64,000 nt of DNA, taken from assembly GCA_951406725.2 (NCBI GenBank), contig OX597817.1, positions 87,730,001 through 87,794,000 on the forward strand, given 5' to 3'. The notes beneath the pieces are model-generated. The model was not told where the DNA came from. It saw nothing but the letters and a program-made list of their open reading frames with translations, and made no database searches. Of the stretch, positions 13,739-25,438 are shown piece after piece. The position numbers were made by a program, and so were the translations under genes. Position 1 is the stretch's first letter, and every line of letters starts with the position of its first letter. The stretch is from Octopus vulgaris (lineage: Eukaryota).

Positions 13739-13801
13739 AGATAACCGAAGAGATGGTGTTGTGGATTTCCACTTCGGCATCTGAAACTCAGAGTTTTATC
13801 T
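13739..13801 (+). ncRNA. Minimal type I hammerhead ribozyme in PLE 3' UTR
   Basis: Stem I AGATAA/TTATCT; core CCGAAGA; stem II GATG..GTGGA/TCCAC..CATC; extra U; GAAA; stem III CTC-A-GAG; GUU triplet with predicted cut after 13795. Confidence 0.7.
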
Positions 13802-14009
13802 TGACTACCGAGTAATGTAACATATTGTATAGATAAATTTCCTCTATTTACATAATATTGAGGTCTCTTTCTTTCTTTTGTTATCTTACCGTTTTATCAA
13901 TATATATATATATATATATAAGTAGATAAATTAATTATCTTATTACGGATAATTCGAAAGATAACCGATACCTGGGTAGCAAACTCACAACATTCTTTCC
14001 TATACTTAT

Positions 14010-14040
<31 letters not shown>

Positions 14041-14078
14041 CTGTAATATAATATGTGACAATTATTTGGTTGCCATAA

Positions 14079-14135
14079 TAAAACTTCGAGTTTCAGATGT
14101 CAGAGCAGAAATCTGCTCTGGCATCTCATCAGTTA
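14079..14135 (-). ncRNA. Minimal hammerhead motif (antisense arm)
   Basis: Minus strand reads TAA-CTGATGA-GATGCCAGAGCAGA-TT-TCTGCTCTGACATC-T-GAAA-CTCGAAG-TT-TTA. Confidence 0.68.
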
Positions 14136-14139
14136 GTCT

Positions 14140-14196
14140 TAACTGACGAGATGCCGGAGCAGACTTCCACCCCGGCATCTGAAACTTGGAGTTTTA
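14140..14196 (+). ncRNA. Minimal hammerhead motif
   Basis: TAA-CTGACGA-GATGCCGG...CCGGCATC-T-GAAA-CTTGGAG-TT-TTA. Confidence 0.65.
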
Positions 14197-16699
14197 TTAT
14201 GGCAGCTGAATAATTATCACATATTATATTACAGATAAATTCCTCTATTTACATAATAGTGAGGTCTCATTCATTCTTTTTTTTTTTTTGTTATACTATT
14301 ACTATTGATATATATATAAGCTGAGAATACACTAGGATTGGCTTAGACTTTTATTTGAAGACTTAACCAGTTTCACAGATTTCTTTGATTTTCAAAAGTT
14401 GAGCTAGAAAGACATAGACCATACTGGAACTATCTTGCATCTGATTGAAGTTCAAAAATTCTCTTGTTTTTATAGAGAGAATATGGCTCAAACTAGTATC
14501 TGTTTTGGATACAATTTGATTGAGCAAGGAACTTTTTTAAGTTTCCTGCTATGTCCATTCTTTAATGTCTATATTTCTACCCATATGGAATAAAATAACT
14601 CTGTTTTATATATGTATATATAAGCTTCAAAACAAATCAAACTCAACAGACACTAGATAAAGGACCTAGTGTTGAAATTCTAGATAAAGTACTGAGACAT
14701 GAATACTCAAAGCTACAACTCTGTGTAATATGTTGCTACCTCAGTTTTCCTACAAATGACACAAAATCTACAGAAGTTTGAACTAAATATCTGTAACATT
14801 GATCTCACTACAAAGACAATAGGCACTGACCATCACCCACTTCACTAATTAACTAAAAACAAACAAAAAAATGATTTGAAAGGAAGCTGTCATTAAACAA
14901 CTGATAATAATCAGGAATATTTGATATATCAGTTGAGCTACAATGAATAGAATCATTGCTAGATGAATTATAAATCTCACATAATATACATTATTGTCTT
15001 TTGCTCTTTTGGGAATTATAAAATTAATGTTATTATAACTCATATAAGATTATTTATCTAATTAACAAAACAGCAATTATTTGATACTATTTGCCACAGA
15101 CAACCAAGTTTTCATCAGGAAAATGAGAGCTAATGTTCAAGAAGTAGACAATAGGGCTTGTTGTAGATATTTTCTTTGACCATTTGTCTCAATTGTATTT
15201 TAATATGGTTGAAATAGTATTTCAAATATGCATTGATATAGTGTTGGAATTAGAGAAGATTATGATTGCAAAATTTTTTATTCCTTTTGTTACCAACCCA
15301 TCTGAGATCACTTCTGGTTCTGTGATACAAATTTCTTGTTTTAAAATGATCTTAATTAAATTCTTCTACAAGTGTGGCTATGTGGTAAGAAGTGATCGGG
15401 TAAGCAGCAATCGGCGGGCGTTGCTTGTTGCTCTCATTTATCATCATTTTCATTTGTCATTTCGTAACATTATGTCTATGTCCAGCCTGCAGCTTCCCTT
15501 CTATGTAATGCCCTTGTGGGAAATTATATGAATAAAAGAAGCTTCCTCTCAACCACATGGTTCTGGGTTCAATGAGACACCTTGGCCAAGTGTCTTCTAC
15601 CATGACCTCAGGCCAACCAAAGCCTTGTGAGTGGATTTTGTAGATGGAAACTGAAAGAAGCCCATCATATATATATGTGTGTGTCTTTGTGGATGTCTGT
15701 CCCCCCCACCACCACCACTTGACAACTGGTGATGGTGTTTTTACATCCCTATAACATAGTAATTCAGCAAAAGAGGCCGATAGAATAGGTACCAGGCTTA
15801 AAAAAAAAAGTACTGGGGTCATTTCATTCGACTAAAAATTCTTCAAGGTGGTGCCCCAGCATGGCAGCAGTCTAATGACTGAAACAGGTGAAAGATAAAA
15901 AGTAAACTTCCATGTTAATTTGTTTCATACACCTACTTAACAGTGATAAAGTTATCTTTATAAATTCTTCATCATTTTCAAAATTAATTGAAACAAAAGG
16001 TAGTTCATGCCAACAGAAATATGGTAAGAAAAGAGTTAAATGAGATTTGATCTCATCTCTAAATGACATCAGGTTCACTAAAGTCTTCAAGCTGTTGGTT
16101 CAGCTGTCCTAATTGTAAATATATACCATCTCAATATATATAGCTCATTGTTGTATGCAGTATCTTTTATGCCTTACTTTTTATCTTGTGTCAGTCATTA
16201 GACTGTGGTCATACTGGGGCACTTCCCTGGAGAATTTTTAGTTTAATGAATTAACCCTGGTACTTATTCTGTCAGTCTATTTTACTGAACTGCTAAATTA
16301 CATGGATTTAAACACACCAGCATCAGTTGTCAAGTAGCAACAGAAGATAAACACTGACACAAAGACACACACATACATGTAGATATACATATAGATGATG
16401 GGCTTCTTTCAGTTTCCATCTATCAAATCCACTCACAAGGCTTTGGTCAGCCTGAGGCTATATTCTTGCCACACAGCCATGCCTAGTAGTAGGATAATAT
16501 TAAATAAGTGACTCTAGCCTTCTAGAGCTAACTTCACGGTTTTCTTGTGTTTAGGATAATGATTGAAGTACTGACATCATGACCTTCTTTCAGCCAGTTT
16601 TATTAGTGCCCTACCAAAATTGACTCAATATTTATGAATCTAGAAAGGATATCTTTCAGGTCAGTAGATATTACATGTCAATATTACCCCAGTTTCATA

Positions 16700-16915
16700 A
16701 GGTGGTGAGCTGGCAGAATCATTAGCACCTGGGTTGAATGCTTAGCAGCATTTTACCCATCCCTACATTCTGAGTTCAAATTCTGCTGAGGTCAACTTTG
16801 CCATTCATCCCTTTCAGGGTCAATAAAATGAGTCCCAGTTGAACATTGGGGTTGATGTAATCTGCTTAACTCCTCCAAAATTACTGACCTTGTTCCAAAA
16901 TTTGAAGCCAATATT
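16700..16915 (+). mobile_element. SINE with conserved central domain (GCCTTTCATCCTTTCGGGGTCGATAAAATAAGTACC-like)
   Basis: GGTGAGCTGGCAGAATC head and GAGTTCAAATTC B-box. Other copies at about 24690-24862(-), 25445-25650(-), 26120-26340(-), 30475-30680(+), 31914-32127(+), 44020-44205(+) and 63877-64000(+). Confidence 0.75.
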
Positions 16916-17249
16916 ATCCCAGTTTGACATCTTTTGTTCAGTACTACCAAGAACAGAACTAACCAAAGATAACTTAACAGGTTTGTTACCTTTAGCAAGA
17001 AATACTAAACACAGCTAAGTACTGTTCCTTTGCTTGATGGTAATTGAATATGACTTGGTAAAGTGAATAGGTATACATTATTTGGAGGTTGTCTTCTCCT
17101 ACAGACTCTTCCTTACAATTACTCAAGTCCTACATCAGGTGGAAAATGAAGGATACAGATGTGGTGGAACAAGCTTTTTATCCCAAATGAAGCAAAGAAT
17201 CCATTATCATCAGTTGAGGTGTTACTCTTGTTTTACTTTTATTTCTAAA

Positions 17250-17637
17250 CTAGCAGTATCCCCCGGCATTCCTCGAGTTTGTTTTGACCCTTTAGAATTG
17301 GAATTTTTGAAAAGTAAAAATTTTGCATTATGTAGCTTGTTATTCTCTTTAAGTGAACATTTTCCTGGTTAAAATACACCAAAAGATGGTGACACAGCAG
17401 TCAAAAAATCGTAAATAATAGGGATTTTCATAGGCAAAAAGCACCTTTTGATGTAAATAATTTTTGGTGTTAACATGGTCCGATTTGAGTTTTTTCTTCT
17501 ACGGAAGGAAGAGCAAGCCTTCTATCATTCTCTCAATTTTGGTCAACTTGCGCCGCAGGGTCTCGGAGGAGATAGTGTTAGTTGAAGGCTACCAAACCTG
17601 CCATACACAGACAACTTCAACTTTATATATAGAGAGA
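17250..17637 (-). mobile_element. Non-autonomous Helitron
   Basis: Same termini as 4859-5244 (CTAGCAGTATC..CGG and ACAACTTCA..TTTATATAT..GA|T) around a different interior. Confidence 0.7.
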
Positions 17638-18914
17638 TATATAAACATTATATAAACATCCAGTAGAAGAAGCCAAGCCAAATCAGATTGGAACCTGGTT
17701 ATACCAGCATGGAGAACAGACAATAAAGGATGATGATGATGGTATTGTAGATTTCAGGTAGACATAGTGGAATGAATGGAATAAGTGTCAATTGTTGAGT
17801 TCACAATTTAGTTTTAATTACTAGTTATAATTGCTGGTTCATTTGTATTACTGATTCCCTGGAGCATAAAAAACTAAATCATGATCATCACACAATCTTG
17901 TTTCTTTTATTTTAATGATAGGTGGCTTTGTTCCACTATGAGAAATCAATATTATCAGAACAGTTTATTTTTTTTACTTCATTTTATTATGCAACAACAT
18001 GTATTTTATTTAAGTTTATTATAAATATTATTTTTCTCTCTGTTTATGCCTTCATGCCAAATAAAGAAATCAATATTTAATACTTGTGGTTAAATGTTAT
18101 TGATGTTCTTGTGTATAGGTATGATAAGTGAAACAAACGAAGTAATGGTTTTTGTTCAAATTCTTGTCTTTCTTCTATAATACTAAGTCCCACACCTCTC
18201 ATGTTTTAAATTAATGACTGTTAATAACTGAAATGAAAGTTTTATAGACAAATCTAACTGATCAAATATTGTGGTTGCTCACTGGTGTGGCATCATTTGG
18301 CAAATAAAAGTGCCAAATTATTTCCCCGGAAGTGAATGGTTTTGAAAATTGAGTGTTTTTCTGTTTTTTAAGAGCAATACTTTTTATAGCTGTATGTCCT
18401 ATCTAATACCAACCACCCAACTGTGAAATGGCAATGCTATTTCTTTCCTGTTTAACTGATTGAGGTCTATAGAAAGTGATGTTCATGTTTAAGTTCCACC
18501 ATCACCATTCAACCATAATAAATTTATTATTATTATTATTATTACTATTATTATTATTACTATTACTATTGTTGTTGTTGTTGTTGTTGTTATTGATATT
18601 GTTTAATATAGAGTGGATGAGGTAGTGCAAATGGCAAACTGCCAAGTATAATGACTAGACACTTCATGATTTACAGTTTAGTGCCTTAGCTATTCCTAGG
18701 ATCAATAAACAAAGTAAAATACAGCAGTCCAATAATATATTCATCATTATAAAGACATCCTCAAGAAAATTTTGTTTTTCAATTAAATATTTTTTTTTAC
18801 CAAAGTTTCATTTCCATCAGATTCTCATATTCTGACTGAACTATTTATATATTACATACATAATGTCTGTATATTTATGTGTGTATGTTTGTGTATCTGT
18901 CTGCATGCATGTTG

Positions 18915-19250
18915 CTGAGACCCCCTTTGGTTATGATTGACCATGGGATTGCACCTAGAAAGTTACCCTCCCAGGCAGAAGTCCGGGCAAGGTTGTTTAT
19001 GGAAGACCAGCAGTCGCCCATGCATTCTGGCCTCCCCTCTCCACACCACTTGTGTCATCCAAGGGAAAGGCAAAGGCCGATACAGCTTGGCACCTGTGAT
19101 GTCGCAACTCATTCTACAGACGAGTGAACTAGAGCAACATGAAATAAAGTGTCTTGCTCAAGAACACAACACACAGCCCGGTCCAGGATTCGAACTCACA
19201 ACCTTGTGATTGTAAGCTCGATACTCTAACCACTGAGCCATGCACCTTCA
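18915..19250 (-). mobile_element. tRNA-derived SINE
   Basis: Minus-strand head GAAGGTGCATGGCTCAGTGGTTAGAG (A box)...GAGTTCGAATCC (B box), followed by GTGTTGTGTTCTTGAGCAAGACACTTTA. Confidence 0.8.
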
Positions 19251-19274
19251 TGTATGAATGTATGTACATAGTTA

Positions 19275-20440
19275 TTGGGCCAGGCCTCTTCCAAAATTCA
19301 CTTATCCATGACGAAAATACTCCTCTAGTGCTGTTCTGACCTCATCTACTGAATTCATATTTTTTCTGTCCAAATGATTTTGAAGACTGTGGAATAAATG
19401 ATAATCAGATGGGGCAATGTCCAGTGAATATGGTGGGTGGGGCATCATTTCTTATTCAAACCACTCCAGCCTTTGGAATGTCATCTTCACTGTATGTGAC
19501 CAAGCATTATCCTGATGGAAGACTACTTTTCCTCTTGAAACCAAAGATGGTCGTTTTTCTTCTAGTGCTGACTTAAGCTGCTCAAACTGCTGGCTGTAGA
19601 TCACTTTTGCTATCATTTGGTTTGGATTTAAAGGTTCAAAGTGGACTAGACTTTTCATATCCTACCAAACAGATAATACCTTACATGGGTGAAGACCTTC
19701 TTTAGCTTGGGGTGCTGGTGTTTCTCCTTTTCCTACCCACTGTCTTCAGCGTCTTACATTTTTATAGAGAACCCATTTCTCGTTACCAGTCAGTCCAAAA
19801 ACGGGTTCCTTCATGAGATATGACTGTAAAGAAGAGCACACATTCACTTTCTGTGTGTGATTATACTCAGAAAGTTTGTGAGGACTCCATTGACCCAATT
19901 TGCTGACATTTCTGATGGCATGCAGGTGTTGATGAATGGTTGAATGACCAAATCCAAGCTTCTCTGCTAGTTCTTCAACAGTTGCAATGGGATTTTGTTC
20001 CACCAGAGTTTACAGGACATCTTCATCAAGCTTTACAGATCTTCCAGGTCAAGGCTCGTCTTCTAGGCAGTAGTTTCCGGCTCAGAATTTCTGGAACCAC
20101 CGTTGACACTGGCTTATGCTTAATCTCCGATCCCCATATACTGCATTAATATTTATTAATATTTAGGGATATTATGCATTAATATTCCTTGCACTCTCTG
20201 TTGCATTGTTGCCTTTATAGTACTCATATGCCGAATATGCTGCTTTGTCACTCCCATTATAGCTTTGAAAAAATAACTGTTAAAATTGAACTGCACTCTT
20301 CAAAACTTACACTAAGAATGAGTACAAGGTAAAATTACTACCTGCTTTTATAGCAAGTTAATGCAAGTAGTATATCCCATTTGCTTCCAACTTTTAGTTC
20401 ATACAATTGAAAAAAACACATTATTTATGGATTGACCCAA
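19275..20440 (-). mobile_element. Mariner transposon, second copy of the 3596-4848 family with a deletion near its 3' end
   Basis: Near-identical translated segments (MEQNPIATVEELAEKLGFGHSTIHQHL). TIR ends at 20440 followed by TA; only TA|TTGGG remains at the other end. Confidence 0.9.
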
Positions 20441-20960
20441 TACTTCACATTCTTTTCACTGGTTTCAGTTATTTGACTGTACCCATTCTGGGGTACTGCC
20501 TTCAAGGTCTTCATTTCAACTACAGTACTTAGTTTAATACTCAGAGGTTAAGTTCCTATCATATATATTCCTATTCACAAAGGCATTACCTAACTTCTAA
20601 ATAAAGACTTAAAACTCTACTAATATTAAACATTGAAATATGTTTGCTGTATATAGAAGAATAAACTTGATGAAAATTTAATTAGATCAATATTTACTGA
20701 AAGAATATATCTAAGGTTGTTGAAATGTTTACTTTTGTGATGTTTGCATAATTCATTATATCGGTTGTTTTCTATTAAAATAGCCAAAGTTTTATCTAAA
20801 AACTGGCAAACCTCAGCCATATCTTTCATCGTCATCATCATCATTTAACATCCAATTCTTTGTTTAACAATTTAGTGGAAAGAGGTGTCATAACATTCTG
20901 GATATTAATCTTCAAAAGAGAGGGAGAGAGATACATAGTGGGATTCAGAAAGAGAGATAT

Positions 20961-21253
20961 CATCATCATCATCGTTTAACATCCGTTTTCCATGCTAGCA
21001 TGGGTTGGATGATTTGACTGAGGACTGGCGAACCAAATGGCTGCACCAAGCTCCAGTCTGATCTGGCAGAGTTTCTACAGCTGGATGCCCTTCCTAATGC
21101 CAACCACTCCAAGAGTGTAGTGGGTGCTTTTACGTGCCACTGGCATGAGGGCCAGTCAAGCGGTACTGGCAACAGTCACGCTCAAGTGGTGTTTTTTATG
21201 TGCCACCTGCACAGGAGCCAGTCTAGCGGCACTGGCAACGACCTCGCTCAAAT
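20961..21253 (-). mobile_element. RTE-LINE 3'-end fragment
   Basis: (CAT)n tail, terminal motif and two 3'-UTR repeat units; colinear with 49256-49545. Confidence 0.8.
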
Positions 21254-21847
21254 ATTTGTTAAAATTAGTGGCAATTTGACTTTATCACTTTCTTCATCTT
21301 CTTCAGCTCAATGAGATCTTCATTTGATATTTCTTTTACTTCGTATTACATAGAACCTCACTACATCCTTATTTATTTCATTAAATCCAACTTGGTATTT
21401 CAGCCCAACAATTACCTAATGAAATTTTGTGTTGGTTCCTCAAAACCCAGGAAGTCTGCAATGAAGATATACTGTAGATATACTAAAGTGTTTGATTCAC
21501 TAAATAGATGGGATGATCATGGCTGTAAGACTTTAATCATTAGTCTGCTTAATCAGACTTAACACAAGGCTAAAGAGCATTACCAATGCAATAGTTCTGT
21601 TGGAGAATTTTCATCAAATCAAGAACATAGTCTTTGATTTTACTTCATCTGCTTCAGTGAATATATGCATCTTAAAGTAGGAGGTCATTGTGTGTTTGTG
21701 ATATCTTGGTATCAGTTTAATGCACCCATTGGTGGAGTTACAATGACATACTTTCTCTATATTGAATAGAACAAGGCCACATCTTAAAATTGTATTTCCT
21801 TGTCCTCTGAATTTGAATAAAGTAGGGCCACATCCCATGTGCTACAC

Positions 21848-22320
21848 CAGAGATCCCCAACCTCTGGGCACTGCACAGAAATTTACTTGACTATTGCACT
21901 CTGCAGGGGTGTTTCTGCATTATATATGTGACACTACATTGGTTACAACAATGAGAATTCTAGGTGATCCAATCAAAGCAACAGCCTCTACAGACATGCG
22001 TACCTTTGAAATAGTTCTTAGGAAGATTTGGCGTGACACTGGATGTGACAAATGCTAGTCATTTTGAATTACAGGTGCAACTCATTTTCACCAGTTGAGT
22101 GGACTATCTTGCTCAAGGAAACAACACACTGCTGGGAATTGAACTTACGACCTTATGATCATGAACTGAATACTCCTAACCACAAAGTCACACACCTTAA
22201 TGTATATATATTATATATGTAGGAATTTATTGTGTTTTGTTATGTGTGTGATCCCCTGGTCAATGGAAAAATTGTCTTGCATGAAACTAGTCCATGACCA
22301 GAAAGGGTTGGGGACTGCTG
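21848..22320. mobile_element. hAT (Charlie/MER1-like) MITE with nested SINE fragment
   Basis: TIRs CAGAGATCCCCAACC / GGTTGGGGACTGCTG; degenerate 8-bp TSD TGCTACAC / TACTACAT; related copy at 44887-45188. Confidence 0.7.
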
Positions 22321-22331
22321 TACTACATTAA

Positions 22332-22520
22332 CCCTTTTGTTACTAACCCGGCTGAAACTGGCTCTGGGTCTGAGTGCAAATTTCTTGTTTTCATAAGTTT
22401 TCACCAAACCTTAGCCACAATTTATTTTCCTAACACTAGCTCAATGATAACTAAATTATTTTACTAAATTCTTTGTTATATTTAAAGTAATTGAAATAAA
22501 TAAATACAGCAATGAAAGGG
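22332..22520. mobile_element. piggyBac-like MITE
   Basis: TTAA|CCCTTT...AAAGGG|TTAA termini. Confidence 0.65.
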
Positions 22521-22889
22521 TTAATCACATTTTACTTTGAACTAAGTTCGCTTTTGGATCATTAGATGAAAACCTATTCTAAGATTCAGACTTTCGCATG
22601 CACCTTACAACACACACATGCACACACACATGCACTACACACACCTGACTACTACAGTCAATATTCCAACAGTAATTTGTTTTGCTCTCTCTCTGTCTAC
22701 TTCTAGCTGCAAAACAGATTCAGCAGTTTGTTACATCCCTGTCAAATATTCTCTAGCTGTATGTACAAACATCTAAACATTATACAAATATTGAAAATTT
22801 TTGAAACTGTCCCACTACTGTATGAGGTGGATGCAAAATACTCTGGGTGTGTGTGTGTTATGTTGTGTCGTGTCATTCATATTCAAATG

Positions 22890-22925
<36 letters not shown>

Positions 22926-23752
22926 ATATATATATGTGTGTATATATATATATGTGTATATTATATGCATACACATTCATATAAACACACACACAAGCAA
23001 ACATGTACACACACACACATATAAGCATACACAGATTCACCCAACCAAACTTACCCCCACCCACACACACACACACACACATTTATTAAATCAATTTTTT
23101 TCGATTGTAAATGATTATATTTTCGTTACAGCCACTAATGTAATAATTAAATTTATTTTTGCTAATTTCTTTGATACTTTTGCAATATATTGATCATTCA
23201 TTCACTTCAGTGTATTAAGCTGGAATGCATTGCAAGTTATGTTCATTTTTTTTACACACACACACACCCCACCACCACACCACCAACATCATCCCCATCA
23301 TTTTATTATTTTTTTTGTATTTATTTTGTATATTTTTTTTTTTGTTATTTTCACCCTTATTACATGTTCTTTTTCTTTTTTTTGTTATAATTCATCTTCT
23401 ATTGTTACTGATGTGTATCAGTCCAGTGTTTCTTTTCATCTCATTATTAGTTATTATAGTTGTTGGTGACATTGCCATTATCATCATTGTTATTATCATC
23501 ATAATTATAATCATCATTAATTGAATTTAAAAAAAGAAAAAAAAAAGCGAAATCATTCCAGTAATTATTTTATAATCATTGTCATGAGAAACAGTAAAAC
23601 TAAAATTTGAAACAAAAAAGAGAATTTCTTTGCAGGAAATAAAAATATATGAGAGAGAGAGAGAGAGGAAGAGAGAAATGTAAAGGGAACAAAGGTTAAA
23701 AGTGTAAAACACAGCCTTGTAGCCTATTGAAGTGTCTTCACTGCTAGCTATT

Positions 23753-23766
23753 GTTTCCATAGCAAT
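23753..23766. promoter_or_regulatory. Candidate RFX X-box
   Basis: GTTTCCATAGCAAT matches the canonical GTTTCCATAGCAAC at 13/14 positions and lies in a TE-free stretch of intron 1 of a ciliary gene. Confidence 0.35.
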
Positions 23767-24297
23767 TCAACTCTTCACTATCTCTATCAGTACACACTGT
23801 TCATTGAAAGCTGTGCAGGTCAACCACACATTTTGTTAAATAAAGCTGTGCTTGTTTCATTTGTCCTTCTGCATGTTTTTTTTTTTTCATTCTGATGTTG
23901 TTGTTATTGTCCTTGTCATCCCTTTCTTTCGTTTTCTTTTGTTATTTTGTGTCACATATGTAATTCTCCTTTTACCCCACATCAGTGTTCAGTATTGTAT
24001 AGAAACTTGTCAAGTGTTTGGTCATGTTCCATCATGCCAGGGCTGAACTGATCAATGAAGACACAAACTTTAAGCAAAGAAAACAAAAGAATGTTGTCCC
24101 AGCAGGTTGCCGTCCTTGGCAAGCAATTCATTTCATTAAGCTTCTTTTGTCCTTGTTTCCATGATGCATTCGGTTTATCTAATTTCCTCTCTTAATATCG
24201 AAAAGCACCTTTTTCGTTTTCTTTTAGTTCTTGTTTTTCTGTGGTATAGCATCTGCAGCATTTTCCCCTTTTCTTCTTTCCCCTGATAAACTTAAAC

Positions 24298-24328
<31 letters not shown>

Positions 24329-24875
24329 TTCAAGCATACACTTTTCTACTTTGGTGTTCATTTCAAAACAATGACACTTTAAGATAATTTTGTTACACAA
24401 GAAAGAGGTAATTGTCTGCTGTTGTTGTTGTTAAACCATAAACTAATCTGGAAGATTGAGATAAATGGCTGCTGTTCCATGTGAACTCTTACAGGTTTAA
24501 AAGGGACACTGGTGGGATGCTGTTTTAGTGAATAAGGATTGGGGAGGGGAGAATATGAACTATAGGACCTTGGGCAAGGAGATAGGATGGGAAAAAGTGG
24601 ATCAAAAATGAGTTTAGTAGTAGTAGAAAAGAAAGAAAGAGCAATAATGATGATGATGATGATAAGAAAAAGATCAAAAACAGCAACAATAATCGTTTCT
24701 ACTATAGGCACAAGGCCTGAAATTCTGGGAAAGGGGGATAGTACACAAGTGGAAAGGATGCAAAGCAAAGTCGACCTTAGCAGAATTTGAACTCAAAGTA
24801 TAAAGACAGTGTCTCAGAGGATTTTGTCCAGTGTGCCAACAATTCTGCCAGCTCGCCACCTTAACTTCAATAATA

Positions 24876-25438
24876 TTGGGTTGTCCGGAAAGTTCATGCC
24901 GATTTATAGTAGCTTTCCTTTCAACTTATTTTAGAACATGGTTGAGTCCATAAAATAGGATTTGACTACACCTCCATTTAGAGCACAGTTTAATTATTTT
25001 TGTAGAAAAAGGTTTATGTTCCTATAACCTGTGTTAATTCTGCAACCCTTTAAAGTGGAAGATAAGAAAGTTCATTTTTGGCATTTGATGCTTTGGGAAC
25101 CAGACAAAAATTGCTGCAGCTAGCCTGGGATATGTTACCCCACCCTCCATATTCACCAGATGTTACTCCTTCAGATTTCCACTTATTCAGGTCTCTGCAG
25201 AATAGTCTTAATGGTAAAAATTTCAATTCCTTGGATGACATAAAAAGATACCTTGATGAATTCTTTGCCATGAAACCCCCTCAATTCTGGGAAGAGGGTA
25301 TTTTCAAGTTAAAGGAAAGATGGAGATGCATTGTGCAACAAAATGGTTTATATTTGGTTGATTAAAAATGTAATGGCAAGTATTTATTGACCTTTTTCTT
25401 TCCTTTAAAAATTAGCACAAACTTTCTGGACAACCCAA
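24876..25438 (+). mobile_element. Internally deleted mariner (different family)
   Basis: TA-flanked TIRs TTGGGTTGTCCGGAAAGTT / AACTTTCTGGACAACCCAA. The N-terminal EDKKVHFWHLML is joined to the C-terminal LPHPPYSPDVTPSDFHLF. Confidence 0.9.

Larger units (their letters stand above)
11982..13900 (+). mobile_element. Penelope-like retroelement (C-terminal GIY-YIG, Hydra-clade-like), 5'-truncated with inverted 3' duplication
   Basis: Inverted arms 11982-12655 and 13182-13835 are near-identical. The + copy encodes RT thumb and GIY-YIG. (TA)n on both sides; a tail of about 65 nt is present only on the + copy. Confidence 0.92.
14038..14310 (+). mobile_element. Short non-autonomous PLE-related fold-back element with two divergent hammerheads
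   Basis: Palindrome 14038-14237 centred near 14137. Its tail AATTCCTCTATTTACATAATAGTGAGGTCTC is shared with the PLE at 13836-13870. Flanked by (TA)n. Confidence 0.75.
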
